This document shows, in pieces, positions 33,752-41,926 of a DNA stretch of 41,926 nucleotides. This DNA is from Sphingomonadales bacterium. Its GTDB lineage: Bacteria; Pseudomonadota; Alphaproteobacteria; Sphingomonadales; Sphingomonadaceae. How positions within the stretch are numbered: position 1 is the first letter of the stretch; every line of letters begins with the position of its first letter. The translations under genes were made by a program, and so were the position numbers. The DNA is taken from positions 1-41,926 of the forward strand of contig JAXDPC010000260.1 in assembly GCA_034668525.1 (NCBI GenBank), in the 5' to 3' direction. Under the pieces are notes generated by a model. It was given only the letters and a program-made list of their open reading frames with translations, ran no database searches and was not told the DNA's origin.

Positions 33752-35812
33752 ATGATGCGTATGTTCCGGACTGCCGCGACCGAGCCTGAAGCAGCGCCCG
33801 ATCCGGCAGGTCCCGCAGGCGGCGACGCCCCTCCCCCCGACCGCCCGAAGCGAACGCGCTGGCAGAAGGCGAAGCGGATCCTGCTCGTCTTCGCCGTCCT
33901 GTTCGTCCTCGCCGTCGCCTGGCTCGCGGTAACCGCGCCGCTGTCCAAGTCGCTGGAGCCGATCAACGCGCCGAGCCTCACCATCCTCGCCGCCAACGGC
34001 GAGCCGATCGCCCGGCGCGGCGCGATCATCGACCAGCCGGTCGACGTCACCCGCCTCCCCCGCCACGTCTGGCAGCCCTTCGTCGCGATAGAGGACCGCA
34101 ACTTCTACGGACATTTCGGGATCAGCATTCGCGGCACGGTCCGCGCGCTGCTGCGCAACGTCAGCGCCGGTGGAGTCCGCCAGGGCGGGAGCACGATCAC
34201 CCAGCAGCTCGCGCGGACCAGCTTCCTGAGCCAGCAGCGGACTTTCGGGCGCAAGGCGCAGGAGGCGTTGATCGCCTTCTGGCTGGAGGCGTGGCTCAGC
34301 AAGGACGAGATCCTCAGCCGCTATCTCTCCAACGTCTATTTCGGCGACAACGTCTACGGTCTGCGCGCGGCCGCGCGGCATTATTTCAGCCGGGAGCCGG
34401 AGGAGCTGACGCTGGCCCAGGCGGCGCTCCTTGCGGGCGTCGTCAACGCGCCCTCGCGGCTTGCCCCGACCCGGAACCTCGAGGCCGCCCGCCGCCGCGC
34501 CCGGCTGGTGCTGCGCGAAATGGTCGAATCGAACATGCTGAGCGAGGGCGAGTTCGACACCACGCGTCCGGCCCGGCTCAACGTGCGCGAGCGCGAGACC
34601 GTGCCGACCGGCACCTATTTCGCCGACTGGGTGGTGCAGCAGGCCGAGCAGGCGGCGCCGGACGGCGAATATGGCGAGAGGGTGTTGCGGACGACCTTGG
34701 AAGGGGACCTCCAGCGCATCGCGGTGCAGACCGTCCGCCGCGCGGGGCTGGGTCGCGCTCAGGTCGCGCTGGTGGCGATGCGGCCGGACGGGCGCGTCGT
34801 GGCGATGGTCGGCGGCAAGAATTACGGCCAGAGCCCGTTCAACCGCGCGACCCAGGCGCGGCGCCAGCCCGGCTCATCCTTCAAGCTGTTCGTCTATCTT
34901 GCGGCATTTCGGGCGGGCCTGACTCCGGACACGCCGGTGATGGACGCGCCGGTGGTGATGGGGCGCTGGCGCCCGCAAAATTACGACCAGCGCTATCGCG
35001 GGCGCATCACCGTCCGCGACGCCGTCGCCTATTCGAGCAACTCGGTCGCGGTCCAGGTCGCGGAGCGGGTCGGGCGGCAGAATGTCATCCAGGCGGCGCG
35101 CGACCTCGGCATCTCGACCCCGCTCCGGCCCGAGCCGACGCTCGCGCTCGGCACCGCGAACGTCAGCCTGCTGGAGATGACGTCGGCCTATGCAGCCGTG
35201 GCGGCCGGCCATTATCCGGTGCGGCCCTACGGCATCGCCCGCGACGGCGGCTGGCTGTCGGGCATCTGGGGCTCGGGCGAGGGCGTGCGGCGTGACCCCG
35301 CCTTCCCGATGCTGCGCGACGTCCTGTTCGCGGTCACCCAGCGCGGCACGGGCACGGCGGCGCGGCTGCCGGTGCCGACCTTCGGCAAGACCGGGACCGC
35401 GTCGGACTATCGCGACGCCTGGTTCTTCGGCTTCGCGCAGGACCTCGTCGTCGGCGTCTGGGTCGGCAATGACGACAACCGGCCGATGGCAGGGGTCAGC
35501 GGTGGCGGGATACCGGCGCGGATCTGGCGCAGCTTCATGACCCAGGCGCTCGGCGACGGCGCCCGCGCGCCGGTCGCGGAGGTGTCGCTGCAGCAGGCCG
35601 ACCGGGCGCCGGCCAACGAGGTCCAGTCGAATCAGGCCGAGCCCACTCCCGATCAGCCCGCCGCCGCGCCGGTCGACGGCTCTCCGGTCCCTGACGATGC
35701 CGGAGACAAGCCGGACGAGGGCGTGCCGCCGGGTCCGCCGACCGGGGCGCCGCCGCCCGAGGGCTCGCCTCCGCCGCGCCCTGAGCCGCAGCCCGAGACC
35801 AGCCGCTTCTGA
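33752..35812 (+). CDS. Class A penicillin-binding protein (PBP1A family; transglycosylase-transpeptidase)
   Basis: GT51 motifs EDRNF, QGGSTITQQL, RKAQE, KDEIL..YL..VYFG; transpeptidase motifs SxxK (GSSFK), SxN (SSN), KTG; Pro-rich tail. Confidence 0.94.
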   Translation: MMRMFRTAATEPEAAPDPAGPAGGDAPPPDRPKRTRWQKAKRILLVFAVLFVLAVAWLAVTAPLSKSLEPINAPSLTILAANGEPIARRGAIIDQPVDVTRLPRHVWQPFVAIEDRNFYGHFGISIRGTVRALLRNVSAGGVRQGGSTITQQLARTSFLSQQRTFGRKAQEALIAFWLEAWLSKDEILSRYLSNVYFGDNVYGLRAAARHYFSREPEELTLAQAALLAGVVNAPSRLAPTRNLEAARRRARLVLREMVESNMLSEGEFDTTRPARLNVRERETVPTGTYFADWVVQQAEQAAPDGEYGERVLRTTLEGDLQRIAVQTVRRAGLGRAQVALVAMRPDGRVVAMVGGKNYGQSPFNRATQARRQPGSSFKLFVYLAAFRAGLTPDTPVMDAPVVMGRWRPQNYDQRYRGRITVRDAVAYSSNSVAVQVAERVGRQNVIQAARDLGISTPLRPEPTLALGTANVSLLEMTSAYAAVAAGHYPVRPYGIARDGGWLSGIWGSGEGVRRDPAFPMLRDVLFAVTQRGTGTAARLPVPTFGKTGTASDYRDAWFFGFAQDLVVGVWVGNDDNRPMAGVSGGGIPARIWRSFMTQALGDGARAPVAEVSLQQADRAPANEVQSNQAEPTPDQPAAAPVDGSPVPDDAGDKPDEGVPPGPPTGAPPPEGSPPPRPEPQPETSRF

Positions 35813-35814
35813 GC

Positions 35815-36202
35815 GTGGCCGACAGCAGCGACAGGCACCATCTTGCCGAGGAGCGGGCCGATTTCGCCGAGGTCGCACAATCCTCGCCAGCGAGCGGACC
35901 TTCGCGGGCTGGATGCGGACCGGCTTCTCCTCGATCGCAGTCGGCGCCGGGTTCAACCTGCTGACCGAGCTCGAGCCGGTCTAGGTGCCCAGGCCATCGC
36001 AACGGCCTTCCTGCTGATCGCGATCATGGTCTTCGTCGCGGCCGAACGGCGCGCCTGCCCGGTGGCGCGGCGGCTCCATACCCATGAGGTCAAGACGGTG
36101 CAGGTCGGCTTCCTGCGGCTGGTCACCCTGGCGGTGATCGCGGCGACGCCCGCGCTGATCGCCGCTCTGTGGCTGGTCGAGATGAAGGGGAGCGGCGGCT
36201 AG
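35815..36202 (+). pseudogene. Disrupted DUF202/YidH-family membrane protein gene
   Basis: Reconstructed as VADSSDRHHLAEERADFAE/(frameshift ~35872)/RTILASERTFAGWMRTGFSSIAVGAGFNLL.ELEPV*(TAG 35982-84)VPR/(frameshift ~35993)/AIATAFLLIAIMVF...LWLVEMKGSGG. LAxERTFxxWxRT is the YidH signature. Confidence 0.8.
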
Positions 36203-36223
36203 GCGCGGCTCCCCCGTATCGGC

Positions 36224-36427
36224 TCAGACGGTGGGCGCGACGCGGCCGCGGCGGCGCCGGTCGTAGAGCTTCTTGGCGCCCCAGGCGCCGGCGACGGCGA
36301 AGCCGAGCGGCCCGAAGGCGCGGCGGGCGATCCACGGTGCCGCGGCGCCGAGCAGCGCGCCCCCGGCGCCGTTGTTGCGGCCGGCGATCCTGCGCCCGAT
36401 GGCTGCGCCGATGAGGTTGCGAAGCAT
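36224..36427 (-). CDS. Small Gly/Ala-rich membrane-associated hypothetical protein
   Basis: ATG with GGGAG RBS; LIGAAIG..GAGGALLGAA glycine-zipper-like pattern; basic tail. Confidence 0.65.
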   Translation of the reverse strand: MLRNLIGAAIGRRIAGRNNGAGGALLGAAAPWIARRAFGPLGFAVAGAWGAKKLYDRRRRGRVAPTV

Positions 36428-36529
36428 GGCTGTTCTCCCGGGTCAAAGTCTTGCAATGTGAGGCGAACAGCGCGGGACGCGGGCGAATGTTCCGCCGCAC
36501 GCTGCGTCCGGGCCGGAGGAGGAACGATC

Positions 36530-37162
36530 ATGACGGAGACCCTCACCTTCTACACCAATCCGATGTCCCGCGGTCGGATCGTGCGCTGGATGCTGGAGGA
36601 GGTCGGCGAGCCCTATGAGACGGTGCTGCTCGATTATGCGAGCTCGATGAAGGGCGCCGATTATCTGGCGATCAACCCGATGGGAAAGGTGCCGGCCGTC
36701 AGGCACGGCGAGACGGTAGTGACCGAAACGGCGGCGATCTGCGCCTATCTCGCCGACATGTTCCCGGACAAGGGCCTGGCGCCACCGTCCGGAAATCCGC
36801 GCCGCGGGCCCTATTATCGCTGGCTGTTCTTCGCCGCCGGGCCGGTTGAGGCGGCGGTGACCGGCAAGTCGCTCGGCCTCCTGGCGCCGCCGGACAAGGC
36901 GCCGATGGCGGGATACGGCACTTTCGAGCAGGTGATGGACACGCTCGAGCAAGCGGTGAAAGACTGCAACTATCTGTGCGGCGATCAATTCACCGCGGCC
37001 GACGTCTATGTCGGATCTCAGATCGGCTGGGGGATGATGTTCGGCAACATCGACCGCCGGCCCGCCTTCGCCGATTATGTCGGGCGGCTGCAGGCGCGGC
37101 CGGCGGCGATCCGTGCGCGAGAGATCGACGATGCGCTGATGCCGAAGCGGGAACCGTCATGA
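36530..37162 (+). CDS. Glutathione S-transferase family protein
   Basis: GGAGG RBS; TNPMSRG, WMLEEVG, INPMGKVPA, TETAAICAYLAD, GDQFTAADV. Confidence 0.94.
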   Translation: MTETLTFYTNPMSRGRIVRWMLEEVGEPYETVLLDYASSMKGADYLAINPMGKVPAVRHGETVVTETAAICAYLADMFPDKGLAPPSGNPRRGPYYRWLFFAAGPVEAAVTGKSLGLLAPPDKAPMAGYGTFEQVMDTLEQAVKDCNYLCGDQFTAADVYVGSQIGWGMMFGNIDRRPAFADYVGRLQARPAAIRAREIDDALMPKREPS

Positions 37163-37163
37163 A

Positions 37164-37192
37164 GAAAAGGCCCGGCTTCCGCCGGGCCTTCG
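37164..37192. terminator. Intrinsic terminator, probably bidirectional, between GST and the YccA/BI-1 gene
   Basis: AAGGCCCGGC-ttcc-GCCGGGCCTT, 10-bp stem, preceded by an A-tract (a U-tract on the minus strand). Confidence 0.75.
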
Positions 37193-37214
37193 CTTGCTCC
37201 TGCTCGGGGGCGGC

Positions 37215-37958
37215 TCAGCGGCGGTCGCCGACCAGCCGCAAAAGGAACAGGAACAGGTTGATGAAGTCGAGATAGAGGGTCAGCGCGCCCATCACCGCCG
37301 CCTTGCCGATGAAATCGGTGCCGGCGACCGCGAAGTACATGCTCTTGATCTTCTGCGTGTCGTAGGCGGTGAGGCCGGCAAACAGCAGCACGCCGATCGC
37401 GCTGATCGCCAGGTCCATCGCCGTCGAGCGCATGAAGAGGTTGATGACCATCGCGATGATCAGGCCGAACACGCCCATGATCAGGAACGTGCCCATCGCC
37501 GAGAGGTCGCGCTTGGTGGTGTAGCCCCACAGGCTGAGGCTGGCGAAGGCGGCCGCCGCGGCGAAGAAGGCCTGGGCGATCGAGCCGAGCTGGTAGACGA
37601 GGAAGATCGAAGAGAGCGACAGCCCCATCAGCACCGCATAGACCCAGAACAGCGTCTTCGCGGTTCCCGTCGAGATGCGGTTGATGCCGAAGCTCAGCCA
37701 CATCACCAGACCGAGCGGCGCCAGGATGACGACCCAGACGAGCAGCCCCCCTTGCGAGAACAGCTGGTAAGCGGGCGAATCGATGCCCCCGCGCGAGAAC
37801 AGCATTGCGACGACGCCGGTGAGCAGCACCGCCGACGCCATGTAATTGTAGACCGTCAGCATGTGCGAGCGCAGGCCCGCATCGAACGCGACGTCCCGAC
37901 CGGCGGTCGTCGTCGGCTGCGGCGTGGCGGCCGTCCGCGGGTCAGACCAGTTTGCCAT
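37215..37958 (-). CDS. Bax inhibitor-1/YccA family membrane protein
   Basis: ATG 37958 with AAGGAG RBS; DAGLRSHML.VYNYMA, GYTTKRDLS, GLTAYDTQKIK, GALTLYLDFINLF; about 7 TM helices. Confidence 0.94.
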   Translation of the reverse strand: MANWSDPRTAATPQPTTTAGRDVAFDAGLRSHMLTVYNYMASAVLLTGVVAMLFSRGGIDSPAYQLFSQGGLLVWVVILAPLGLVMWLSFGINRISTGTAKTLFWVYAVLMGLSLSSIFLVYQLGSIAQAFFAAAAAFASLSLWGYTTKRDLSAMGTFLIMGVFGLIIAMVINLFMRSTAMDLAISAIGVLLFAGLTAYDTQKIKSMYFAVAGTDFIGKAAVMGALTLYLDFINLFLFLLRLVGDRR

Positions 37959-38075
37959 TTCATACTCTCCTTTTGCCGGGCATCCCCTGCCGTACCCCCA
38001 TAATATCGTGGGATCGGCGGCTACATTCAAGGAAAACCGGTTCCCGGCCGCAACGCTTTTCCGCTAGCTGCCAGC

Positions 38076-38609
38076 ATGCACCGGCTGTTCGTCGCGATCC
38101 GGCCGCCTCCGGCGATCCGCAGCCTCCTCCTCGCAACGATGGGCGGCGTCCGCGGCGCGCGCTGGCAGTCGGACGACCAGATCCACTTGACGCTTCGCTT
38201 CATCGGGGAGGTCGATCGCCACCGGGCCGAAGACGTCCATGCCGCCCTGGGCGCGATCCATCACCCGGCGTTCGAGGCCGCCGTGAGCGGCATTGGGATG
38301 TTCGACCGCCGCGGCCAGCCCGACGTGATCTGGGCGAGCGTGGTGCCGCACGAGCCGCTGAAGGCCCTGCACAGGAAGATCGACCAGGCGATCGTCCGCA
38401 TCGGCGTCGAGCCGGACCGGCGCACCTATTTTCCGCACATCACGCTGGCGCGACTGAACCGGTCCGCCGGCACTCCCGCCGGCTATCTCGCCGAGCAGGG
38501 TGGCCTCGCCACGCCGCCCTTTGCCGTCGACGCCTTCACCCTGTTCGAGAGCCGCCTGACAGCCGAAGGTGCGGTTTATTCGACGGTGGAACGTTATCCC
38601 CTCGGTTGA
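38076..38609 (+). CDS. thpR: RNA 2',3'-cyclic phosphodiesterase (2H family)
   Basis: RLFVAI, two HxT motifs (HLTLRFIG, PHITLAR), FTLFESRL...GAVY. Confidence 0.92.
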   Translation: MHRLFVAIRPPPAIRSLLLATMGGVRGARWQSDDQIHLTLRFIGEVDRHRAEDVHAALGAIHHPAFEAAVSGIGMFDRRGQPDVIWASVVPHEPLKALHRKIDQAIVRIGVEPDRRTYFPHITLARLNRSAGTPAGYLAEQGGLATPPFAVDAFTLFESRLTAEGAVYSTVERYPLG

Positions 38610-38628
38610 GCCGGCGTTGCGGACTGCC

Positions 38629-39432
38629 TCAGGCGCGGGCGAGCAGGCGCTCGACCAGCGGACCGTAGGAGCTGCCGAACAGCCGCAGGTGGATGAGTGC
38701 GGGAAAGAGCTGGTAGAGCGGGCGGCGCTCATTCCAGCCGGGCTGCAGGGGCCCATAGGCCTCCCAGAATTCCGGCGGCGGAGAATCGAACAAGGCGACC
38801 ATCGCCAGATCGACCTCGGCGTCGCCATAATAGCAGGCCGGGTCGATCAGCGCGGCGAGCCGGCCGTCCTGGACCAGGATGTTCCCGCTCCAGAGATCGC
38901 CGTGCAGGTGCGACGCCGGCGGCGCATCGGGAAGCAGGTCGGGCAGCCGCCGGACGGCTTCCTCGATTCGCTCGCGCCACGGGCGGTCGAGCAAAGCCGC
39001 CGTCGAGAGGAGCCGCTGCTCGGCCCAGAATCCGGGCCAATCGGACCTCGGCCGGTTGACGAGTTCGACCGTCCCGATCCGGTAATCCACCGGCCACCCA
39101 TAATGCGCGCCGGTCCGCTCGTGGAGCCGGCGGAGCGCACATCCGATCTCCGCCCAGGCATTGCGGCTGAACACGCCGTCATTCTCGACATATTCGAGAA
39201 GCAGCAGATGCTCGTGCTCCCCTTCGACCAGCGGCACCGGCATCCCCGCATCAGCCAGGGCGCGGAGCATCGACGCCTCGGCAGCGACGGCGGCGCCGCC
39301 TTTGGCCACGGTGCACCGCCCATCCGGCCGGCGCGCCAGCAGCACAGCCGAGAGGTCGCCGCCGGCCAGCCGCTCGACCTGCCCGTCGGGTACGGCCAGC
39401 AGGGACGCGACCCGAAGGGCGAAGTCGGTCAT
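38629..39432 (-). CDS. Fructosamine kinase family protein
   Basis: GGDLS, VAK, FWAEQRL, LHGDLWSGN, IDPACYYGDAEVDLAM, RRPLYQL..LIHLRLFG. Confidence 0.9.
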   Translation of the reverse strand: MTDFALRVASLLAVPDGQVERLAGGDLSAVLLARRPDGRCTVAKGGAAVAAEASMLRALADAGMPVPLVEGEHEHLLLLEYVENDGVFSRNAWAEIGCALRRLHERTGAHYGWPVDYRIGTVELVNRPRSDWPGFWAEQRLLSTAALLDRPWRERIEEAVRRLPDLLPDAPPASHLHGDLWSGNILVQDGRLAALIDPACYYGDAEVDLAMVALFDSPPPEFWEAYGPLQPGWNERRPLYQLFPALIHLRLFGSSYGPLVERLLARA

Positions 39433-39896
39433 TCGCGCGCGGCGATCTTCCGGGCGAGCGCCTCCGCCCCGAGCGCGACGTCGCTCCAGGTCGCGTCGAA
39501 ATGCTCGGCCTCGCCATAATAGGGATCCGCCACGGCTTCGCCCTGCCGCCCATCGACATGATCGAGGAGCAGCGACAATTTCGCCTTCGCCCCTTCCGGG
39601 CGCAGCCGTGCCAGCGCGGCGAGGTTTTCCCCGTCGAGCGCAACGATATGGTCGAAGCTGTCGAAATCGCGCGCCGTCACCTGGCGCGCGCGCAGGTGCG
39701 AGATGTCCGCGCCGTTCCGCCGGGCAACCGCAATCGCGCGCGCGTCGGGCGGGCGGCCGACGTGCCAGTCTCCGGTGCCGGCCGAGTCGATCTGGAGATC
39801 CAGGCCGATGCGCCCGGCCTCCCGGCGCAGCGCCGCCTCGGCGAGCGGCGAGCGGCAGATGTTGCCGAGGCAGACGAGCAGCACCGAGACGGCCAT
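39429..39896 (-). CDS. Low-molecular-weight protein-tyrosine phosphatase
   Basis: P-loop VCLGNICRSP, DSAGTGDWHVG, ARQV, VADPYYG. Confidence 0.95.
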   Translation of the reverse strand: MAVSVLLVCLGNICRSPLAEAALRREAGRIGLDLQIDSAGTGDWHVGRPPDARAIAVARRNGADISHLRARQVTARDFDSFDHIVALDGENLAALARLRPEGAKAKLSLLLDHVDGRQGEAVADPYYGEAEHFDATWSDVALGAEALARKIAARE

Positions 39897-39968
39897 CCGT
39901 AAAGCCTTGTTGCCAATGCGCGCCGCTCTGCTAGCCAGAGGCTGCCGAAAGCACAAACCGGAGGATCG

Positions 39969-41588
39969 ATGGCCGCGATCAACGGGGAAGCCGCTCCTCC
40001 CGCACGGCCCGCGCCGCGGATCGGCGCTTACGCCTGGTACGCCTTGTTCGTCCTGGTGCTGGTCTACGTCATCAATTTCATCGACCGGCAGATCCTTTCG
40101 ATCCTGGTCGGCGACATCAAGGCGGACCTCCGCGTCACCGACGCCCAGATCGGATTCCTCTACGGCACCGCCTTTGCGGTCTTTTACGCACTGTTCGGCA
40201 TCCCGCTCGGTCGGCTCGCCGACAGCTGGTATCGCGGCCGCCTGATGGCGATGGGGCTCGCTTTGTGGTCGTCCATGACCGCGCTTTCCGGCTTCGCCAA
40301 CAGCTTCGGCATGCTTGCCGCAGCCCGCATCGGGGTCGGGATCGGCGAAGCGAGCGCCTCCCCCGCCGCTTATTCGATGATCTCGGACAGCTTCCCGAAG
40401 GAACGGCGGGCCACCGCGCTGTCCATCTATTCGAGCGGCCTGTACATCGGCGGAGCGCTGAGCCTTCCGATCGGCGGGCTTGTGCTCAGCCGCTGGAACG
40501 CGGCCTTTCCTGATCCCGCGGCAGCGCCGCTCGGCCTCGCCGGCTGGCAGGCCGCCTTCCTCGCGGTCGGAGTTCCCGGTCTGCTGCTCGCTTTGTGGGT
40601 GCTCACCCTGCGCGAGCCGCCGCGCGGCGCGTCCGAGGGGCTGCCGCAGCCGGTCGTGCAGCCGCACGCCTGGCGGGATTTCGGGCGCGAGCTCTCCGCC
40701 ATCCTGCCGCCGCTGACGCTGCTCAGCGTCGCCCGCATCCCCGGCGCGCTCCGGCCCAACCTCGCAGTCCTCGCTCTGGTCCTGGCCGCGGGCTACGGCC
40801 TCTACCGGCTCACCGGGGACGCGCCGCAATGGGTCGCCTACGGCCTCGGCGCCTATGCGATCTTCTCCTGGGTGCAGTCGCTGAAGCAGCGGGATCCGCC
40901 TACCTACCGGCTGATCTGGGGCTCGCTTCCCGTAGTGGTGCTCGCCATCGCGTTCGGCAGCATTTCGTTCGTCACCTACGCGACCAGCTTCTGGATTCCG
41001 CCCTATGTCGAGGCACGCTTCTACGACGGCGGGACAGCGCCGGCCCGTTACATCGGCGGCCTCAGCGCGAAGGAGGAGGTCGGCATGATCATCGGCTGGT
41101 CCGCGGCGGTCGCCGCTGCGGCCGGCGTGATCCTCGGCGGCTATCTTTCCGACCTCTGGCGGCAGCGAGATCCGCGGGGCCGGATCTTCATCAACATGCT
41201 CTCGGCCGTGCTTCCGGTTCCGATCATCGCCTTCCTCCTCACCACCGACAGCCTCGCCGCCTTCTACTGGCTCAATCCCGTCGCCCACATGATCGCTTCG
41301 GCCTGGGTCGGAGCGGCGATCGCCACCCTCCAGGATCTTGTCCTGCCGCGCATGCGCGCCACTGCGGGGGCGACCTACATTCTCGGAACGACGATGATCG
41401 GCCTGGCGCTGGGACCCTATTATGCCGGCAAGATGTCGGTGCTGACCGGCAGCCTCCCGACGGGAATCGCGATGCTCTACCTGATGCCGCCGCTTACCCT
41501 GCTCGGCCTGTGGTACGGGTCACGCCATCTGGCCCGGCTTGAAGCGACCAAGGTCGAGCGCGCCCGCGCGGCGGGAGAGCCGATCTAG
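39969..41588 (+). CDS. MFS transporter (spinster-like)
   Basis: NFIDRQIL, GIPLGRLAD, RIGVGIGEASASPAA.S.ISD.FP, GGYLSD; multiple TM helices. Confidence 0.92.
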   Translation: MAAINGEAAPPARPAPRIGAYAWYALFVLVLVYVINFIDRQILSILVGDIKADLRVTDAQIGFLYGTAFAVFYALFGIPLGRLADSWYRGRLMAMGLALWSSMTALSGFANSFGMLAAARIGVGIGEASASPAAYSMISDSFPKERRATALSIYSSGLYIGGALSLPIGGLVLSRWNAAFPDPAAAPLGLAGWQAAFLAVGVPGLLLALWVLTLREPPRGASEGLPQPVVQPHAWRDFGRELSAILPPLTLLSVARIPGALRPNLAVLALVLAAGYGLYRLTGDAPQWVAYGLGAYAIFSWVQSLKQRDPPTYRLIWGSLPVVVLAIAFGSISFVTYATSFWIPPYVEARFYDGGTAPARYIGGLSAKEEVGMIIGWSAAVAAAAGVILGGYLSDLWRQRDPRGRIFINMLSAVLPVPIIAFLLTTDSLAAFYWLNPVAHMIASAWVGAAIATLQDLVLPRMRATAGATYILGTTMIGLALGPYYAGKMSVLTGSLPTGIAMLYLMPPLTLLGLWYGSRHLARLEATKVERARAAGEPI

Positions 41589-41926
41589 CCCAGCACGCCG
41601 CAGGCGATCCGTGCGCCGCTGTTGCCGCTCGGGTCGGTGCGGTAGTCGTCGGGGCGGGCATGCAGAACGACCGCGGCGCCGTCGGCGTCGAGAAGCCTGC
41701 GGGCGCCATCTGAGAGGCTCGCGCCCGGGACCGTGAATTCGAGGGTGCCGCGCCCGTCGGTACCGACGAGCAGGTTCGGCAGGTCCCCTGCATGCTGCCC
41801 GCGCGGATTGTCCCGTCCGTGGAGCCGGTTCGACGGATTCCAGTGCGGCCCGGCGCTCTCGAAGCCGGGCGGATCGCAGCGGCCGACCGAATGGACATGG
41901 ATCCCGTAGATGCCGGCCGCCAGTCC
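41585..41926 (-). CDS. sodC: Cu/Zn superoxide dismutase family protein, 5' end outside the window
   Basis: Manual translation, not in the ORF track: GIHVHSVGRC..FESAGPHWNP..HG..HAGDLPNL...VVLHARPDD..TDPSGNSGARIACGVL*, with the Cu/Zn ligand His/Asp pattern. Confidence 0.92.
   Translation of the reverse strand, partial: GLAAGIYGIHVHSVGRCDPPGFESAGPHWNPSNRLHGRDNPRGQHAGDLPNLLVGTDGRGTLEFTVPGASLSDGARRLLDADGAAVVLHARPDDYRTDPSGNSGARIACGVLG

Noticed and set aside
35560-35812. Pro-rich repeat at the end of the class A PBP
   Set aside because: Low-complexity disordered tails are common in class A PBPs.

Overview
This is a high-GC bacterial chromosome segment. Gene content (DUF4893 and DUF6491-type lipoproteins, Trp-halogenase-like gene, CtrA-like boxes) suggests an alphaproteobacterium, probably Sphingomonadaceae-like (inference). 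Housekeeping genes lie on the flanks: sulfatase-like CDS, dapB, nth and tRNA-Arg(CCG) on the left; glk, cysQ, a Csu-type pilus operon, wecB, a class A PBP, GST, YccA/BI-1, thpR, fructosamine kinase, LMW-PTP, MFS and sodC on the right. Between the tRNA and the DUF4893 gene sits a ~20 kb accessory block with three parts. (i) A BlaI/M56/serine-hydrolase regulon with visible palindromic operators. (ii) A tightly coupled six-gene operon, FAAL - atypical P450 - ACP - carbamoyltransferase - MBOAT (with C-terminal Tyr shuttle motif) - SGNH-like protein, which looks like a Dlt/Alg-type machine for exporting a modified acyl group. It is followed by a flavin halogenase and a methyltransferase. (iii) The best candidate for a new system: a 60-aa double-glycine-leader precursor with a Ser/Lys/Arg/Gly/Cys-rich core, followed by a ParB/sulfiredoxin-fold protein and a complete C39-peptidase ABC transporter/HlyD/outer-membrane-factor exporter. 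This is a putative RiPP whose only dedicated candidate maturase is a ParB/Srx-fold enzyme, possibly a Ser kinase. All calls come from motif recognition by eye; no database searches were run.
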